A stretch of 27,352 nucleotides of DNA, taken from assembly GCA_038063355.1 (NCBI GenBank), contig JBBTVH010000090.1:1-27352 (forward strand). The letters run 5' to 3'. The notes beneath the pieces are model-generated. The model was not told the origin of the DNA. It made no database searches and was given only the letters and a program-made list of their open reading frames with translations. Numbering within the stretch: the first letter of the stretch is position 1; each line of letters opens with the position of its first letter. Below are positions 24,801-27,352 of the stretch, piece after piece. This DNA is from Patescibacteria group bacterium (GTDB lineage Bacteria; Patescibacteriota; Gracilibacteria; Peribacterales; Peribacteraceae). Both the position numbers and the translations under genes were made by a program.

Positions 24801-25693
24801 GCTTCCGTGGTTCCCTTGGGGACGGGGAAGCGGGGGATGTGATACGAGGAAAATTGCAGTTCGATATTGCACCGGTCTGCAATCACCCGCGTGTTACGTA
24901 AGGCTTCGGGTGCGTGCGCGAACGCTTTTTCCATTTCTTCAAACGGGCGCATTGAATAGTCGGCATCGCGCATGGAGAACCTGCTCGGGTCGCCGACCTG
25001 TGCGTTTTTCTGGATACAGAGAAGCACGTCGTGGGCCTCGGCGTCGCCGGGCCGACAATAGTGTGCGTTGCAGGTGGCCACGATCGGGACGCCGAACTCT
25101 TTGCCCCAGTGGATCAGCTGCTGGTTCACCTCGTTTTGCCCGGGAACCGAGGGCAGATCCATCAATTCGAAGTAAAGGTTGTCCTTGCCGAAGTATCCCC
25201 GGTATTCCGCCACGAGTTCTTTCAGGTGCTCGGCATGTTCCGCGAGCGCCGCCTGCGGGATCGCACCGCTAAGGGGCCCCGAAAGCGCAATCAACCCCTT
25301 CCCATATTGATTGAGAAGTTCTTTATCCACCCGCGGCTTGTAGTACATGCCTTCGATGGCGGCTTTCGTGATCAACTCCAGAAGGTTTTCGTATCCCTCA
25401 TTATTCTCGGCGATCAGATACAGAGGGGAGCGCTTCGTATCCATGCCGCTCTCTTTGTCGTTGCGTGTCCGCGCCGCGACGAAGACTTCTATGCCGAGCA
25501 CGGGCTTGATGCCCTGCGCTTTGCACGCTTTGTAAAATTCCACGAGCCCGTACCCGAATCCCTTGTCGCCGATGCCCGCCGCGCTCTGCCCCAGTTCTTT
25601 TGCGCGCTCCGCGATTTCTTCCGGCGAAGGCAGCGCCTCGAGGAGGGAATAGGTGGAGTGACAGTGGAGATGGACGAAGTCGGAGGGCTTCAT
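21893..25693 (-). CDS. dnaE: DNA polymerase III alpha subunit
   Basis: PHP domain (HLHCHSTYS), GPGRGSAAGS, FERFLNPERISMPDVDIDF, KMDFLGL, GVFQLES, YRPGPM, GYGFNKSHA, OB fold. No intein seen. Confidence 0.99.
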   Translation of the reverse strand: MKPSDFVHLHCHSTYSLLEALPSPEEIAERAKELGQSAAGIGDKGFGYGLVEFYKACKAQGIKPVLGIEVFVAARTRNDKESGMDTKRSPLYLIAENNEGYENLLELITKAAIEGMYYKPRVDKELLNQYGKGLIALSGPLSGAIPQAALAEHAEHLKELVAEYRGYFGKDNLYFELMDLPSVPGQNEVNQQLIHWGKEFGVPIVATCNAHYCRPGDAEAHDVLLCIQKNAQVGDPSRFSMRDADYSMRPFEEMEKAFAHAPEALRNTRVIADRCNIELQFSSYHIPRFPVPKGTTEAKELHRLTEEGFAKKYPNPTQEHQERMDYELKIIEQVGFSGYFLIVADFVNEAKRRGITVGPGRGSAAGSIVSYCLGITGLDPMEHGLLFERFLNPERISMPDVDIDFADTRRDEVLEYVREKYGQDHVVQICTFGTLAARAAVKDVGRAYGVPFLEMNALVKLIPDRPGTTLEEALNTQELQSVYRENEIYRRIFDAARKLEGKARHVSVHACGVIITPEPAVHYTALQRAPKDENIIITQTAAKPLESLGLLKMDFLGLMNLTVIQTTLEIIERLSGNRIDITKIPGNDPGAFGLLQRGDTTGVFQLESAGMRRYLKQLKPTAFNDIVAMVALYRPGPMDWIPQYIKRKHGQEDIRYLHKDLRTILEPTYGIGVYQEQILEIARTFAGFSLGEADILRRAIGKKIKEELSSQREKFLVGSVNKGYKRQLAEQIFDDVVTPFAGYGFNKSHAAGYAKIAYETAYLKANYPTEFMAALLSSDAADTDRVMIEIEECRAMGIAVLPPDINESLRHFTAILSDSQSPRSPLTTHHSPSTTPGSIRFGLSAVKGIGNSSVEQIIAARGEKKFESLDDFARRVPTKALNKKLLESLAKSGALDSLGERGTLVEHYNLIVDYAKAAGGVSHSQGDLFGAANIEEARISFPKTAPASRQQALQWEKETLGMYVSSHPLAGLKKYISKKAQLIANLTREDAGKKITLAGIVGGVKRITTKKGETMAIVFLEDPTGKIEVTLFPRTFADAAAFLEQPDTVLVVAGILDVRAGVLQMRVDAVKRASITTMITKAKEAGFFDEDEAKQGIRLVRPQVEAEAIEVVDEEGNVIAGEVVTLENTVVENGTDDFFGPIGKWILQGMPTDKELAVLGLIDASGSGSTMTSTTSKPTNQQTNKQSSVVKEAASNSPIRIYTIDLPERAPKKLLLDLKRVLEMFPGSEKVQLKIGAQTIGLPLTVTTSTILEKKVEDAIAEHMVA
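22136..22172. repeat. (TGTTGGTT TGCTGGTT)x2 octamer repeat inside dnaE
   Basis: Four 8-nt units forming an exact 16-bp duplication. Encodes TSKPTNQQTNKQ in the C-terminal linker. Confidence 0.9.
23189..23247. repeat. (NTGGTGA)n heptamer repeat inside dnaE
   Basis: ATGGTGA ATGGTGA GTGGTGA GTGGTGA GCGGGGA. Encodes SDSQSPRSPLTTHHSPSTTP between the FT and IRFGL motifs. Confidence 0.9.
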
Positions 25694-25725
25694 GTCGCTG
25701 AAATCTTATCGTGCGGGCGAATGCC

Positions 25726-25761
25726 CGGATAGCCGAATATCCGGATATCCGAATAGCCGAT
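25726..25761. repeat. CG(G/A)ATA(G/T)C octamer repeat between the Cys-rich gene and dnaE
   Basis: CGGATAGC CGAATATC CGGATATC CGAATAGC CGAT. Self-complementary (ATATCCGGATAT palindrome) and starts immediately after the stop at 25762. Confidence 0.85.
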
Positions 25762-27352
25762 CTACGGCTCAATTGTTATTTCCGCATCCTCCTGACACCG
25801 CGTGTGGATGTCGTCGCTTCCAAAATAGGCCCCGCTTGCATAGGGAAAACAGGAATTCTGAAAGACGATCCGGAGCACTTGGTCGAGCTTGGCGTTACAG
25901 GGGCGGTAGATGCAGGAGCGGCGCAGATAGTAGGCGAAGCCTTTTGTAAAAGAACGCACCCCCTGCGCGTGGCTCTGTGTGAGCGCGCGCAGGCGCTGTG
26001 TGACCGCGTTCATCTGCGGCGAGGCCTCCTGTATCTGGAGGATATTGTCTTGGGAAGCCGCCAGCGGGATTGCCTCCTTTTTTCCATGGTAGGTGTTCCA
26101 GGACTGGAAGACTGTGCGCACGTACCAGTCGCGCGCCTTGAAGAGCGTGGGTTTGGCTTCCTCGCGCATCTCGGCGGCGTCGCGTTCGGGTCCCGGCGGG
26201 AATTCCGGCGGGTAACGCAGATCTTTCGCCTGCGGCCGACGCTCACCCCATTGCTGCAGGATCGCCGAGAGTCGAACCATGATCCAGGGTTCGTTTTTGG
26301 GAATGGAGAAAGCGCCCCTAGTTTCCGCAGCTCCCGCGGACACCGCCTGCAGCAGCGACGTTGCACCGATCTGTTGGGCCAGGCTGATGTCCTGCAGGCA
26401 TCCGAACACTTCTTTATGCTCGCGCGATAGCCCTCCTCCGAGTGACGCATAGTCCGGGTTCGCGCCGCTCATCGCGTCGATCTCCTCCGCGAGCGGCGCA
26501 AAGTTCTGCATGCGCGTCACGAACGCATCGCGCTGCAGGATGAGTTCTGCAAGCGCCCCCATCTCCGCTGCGGTCGGTGTATGGCCCGATGCCTCCGCGG
26601 GTAGTGCATCGAGATCGCATCCGTAACCGGAGACCGCGGGGGGGAGGTAATTTGAATGGAACGGGCAGAGCTTGCCTTCGAGCGGATCCTGGGAATCCGG
26701 CAAAAGGCATCCGTACTCCTGGCATGAGCGAGGGGTCGTGAAGGGATTGCCCCCGTCTGCGATGCAGACCGCGTCGTCCGTGAACGTGCAGGTATTTCCC
26801 GGAATGCCAGCTGGGCAGCACCATACAGGATTGGGCGGATCGAATACCTGTCCCTTCGCCCAGGTCGTGTCCTCATACAGCGGGTCCCTAGCTCCCCGCA
26901 TCAGCTGATCCGTACGGGCGTTGAGAAAACGAATGAGCTGCTGCAGGTATGCCACTTTGTACGGCTTCCCGGCGTCGAGGGCGTCGTGCATTTCCTGGCG
27001 CACCTTTTCCACCTTCGATTGCAGGATGACGACATCCAGATGCAGGCACGGCGTGGCCTCTATAAGATCGCGCTGCATGTTCGTAACCTGCATGCGCGTA
27101 TCCACCGTGCTGAGCATCGCGCTTGTGGCGTAGAAGATAAACCACGGCTTGAATGTGTCGAAAATGGGGCCGCCGGATGCGGATAGGGTGCCGGCCTGTG
27201 CCATTCCCGCATTCGCGCGGTCGAGCACGCGCTGCACATAGTGATTCGAGACCGGGGGGATGGCGACGATCTCATCGACCGTCATAGCCCAGGCTGACAT
27301 CGGAAGGAAAAAACAAACAAGAACGATGGAAGATTGCAAATCGCAAATTGCA
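25762..27352 (-). CDS. Cys-rich secreted hypothetical protein (reading frame open to the right edge)
   Basis: At least 525 aa. Signal-peptide-like SIVLVCFFLPMSAWA, paired cysteines (WCCP...C...C...C...C; CPF...GYGC; RSCIYRPC...SCFPY). No upstream stop inside the window, so the true start may lie outside. Confidence 0.75.
   Translation of the reverse strand, partial: AICDLQSSIVLVCFFLPMSAWAMTVDEIVAIPPVSNHYVQRVLDRANAGMAQAGTLSASGGPIFDTFKPWFIFYATSAMLSTVDTRMQVTNMQRDLIEATPCLHLDVVILQSKVEKVRQEMHDALDAGKPYKVAYLQQLIRFLNARTDQLMRGARDPLYEDTTWAKGQVFDPPNPVWCCPAGIPGNTCTFTDDAVCIADGGNPFTTPRSCQEYGCLLPDSQDPLEGKLCPFHSNYLPPAVSGYGCDLDALPAEASGHTPTAAEMGALAELILQRDAFVTRMQNFAPLAEEIDAMSGANPDYASLGGGLSREHKEVFGCLQDISLAQQIGATSLLQAVSAGAAETRGAFSIPKNEPWIMVRLSAILQQWGERRPQAKDLRYPPEFPPGPERDAAEMREEAKPTLFKARDWYVRTVFQSWNTYHGKKEAIPLAASQDNILQIQEASPQMNAVTQRLRALTQSHAQGVRSFTKGFAYYLRRSCIYRPCNAKLDQVLRIVFQNSCFPYASGAYFGSDDIHTRCQEDAEITIEP

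Noticed and set aside
21893-25693. Intein or intron in dnaE
   Set aside because: The frame is continuous, all polymerase motifs are normally spaced, and there is no C/S...HN-C/S/T splice signature or LAGLIDADG motif.

Overview
Bacterial chromosomal window, mostly housekeeping. Gene content, reduced accessory functions and the absence of Shine-Dalgarno motifs suggest a Patescibacteria/CPR genome, most likely Peribacteria-like (inference, not verified). In order: a minus-strand pyrB - TauE/SafE - pyrC operon (pyrC runs off the left edge and is missing from the ORF track); a polysaccharide flippase; an orphan RelB/DinJ antitoxin with a clear operator; an Fn3/Ig-like surface protein with a sortase-like tail; a stand-alone ComEC nuclease domain; a GlmU-like nucleotidyltransferase; a DnaA-box cluster (candidate oriC, with no dnaA adjacent); dnaN; mfd; a putative RHH/RelE-like toxin-antitoxin pair; two hypothetical genes; tRNA-Leu(TAG) followed by a 90-nt hairpin and a small GIY-YIG nuclease; then a minus-strand block (coiled-coil protein, aspS, nrdR, a 44-aa small ORF with its own promoter and terminator, tsaC, PH-domain protein, small membrane protein, dnaE, and a Cys-rich secreted protein open at the right edge). 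The most unusual signal is non-genic: several families of 7-, 8- and 9-nt tandem repeats occur both as in-frame insertions in conserved genes (pyrC twice, tsaC, dnaE twice, dnaN) and as inverted-arm intergenic elements abutting start or stop codons. GTAG-headed REP-like palindromes also supply the stop codons of comEC and dnaN. No CRISPR array, rRNA, transposase or integrase was seen. All calls come from reading motifs by eye; no searches were run.
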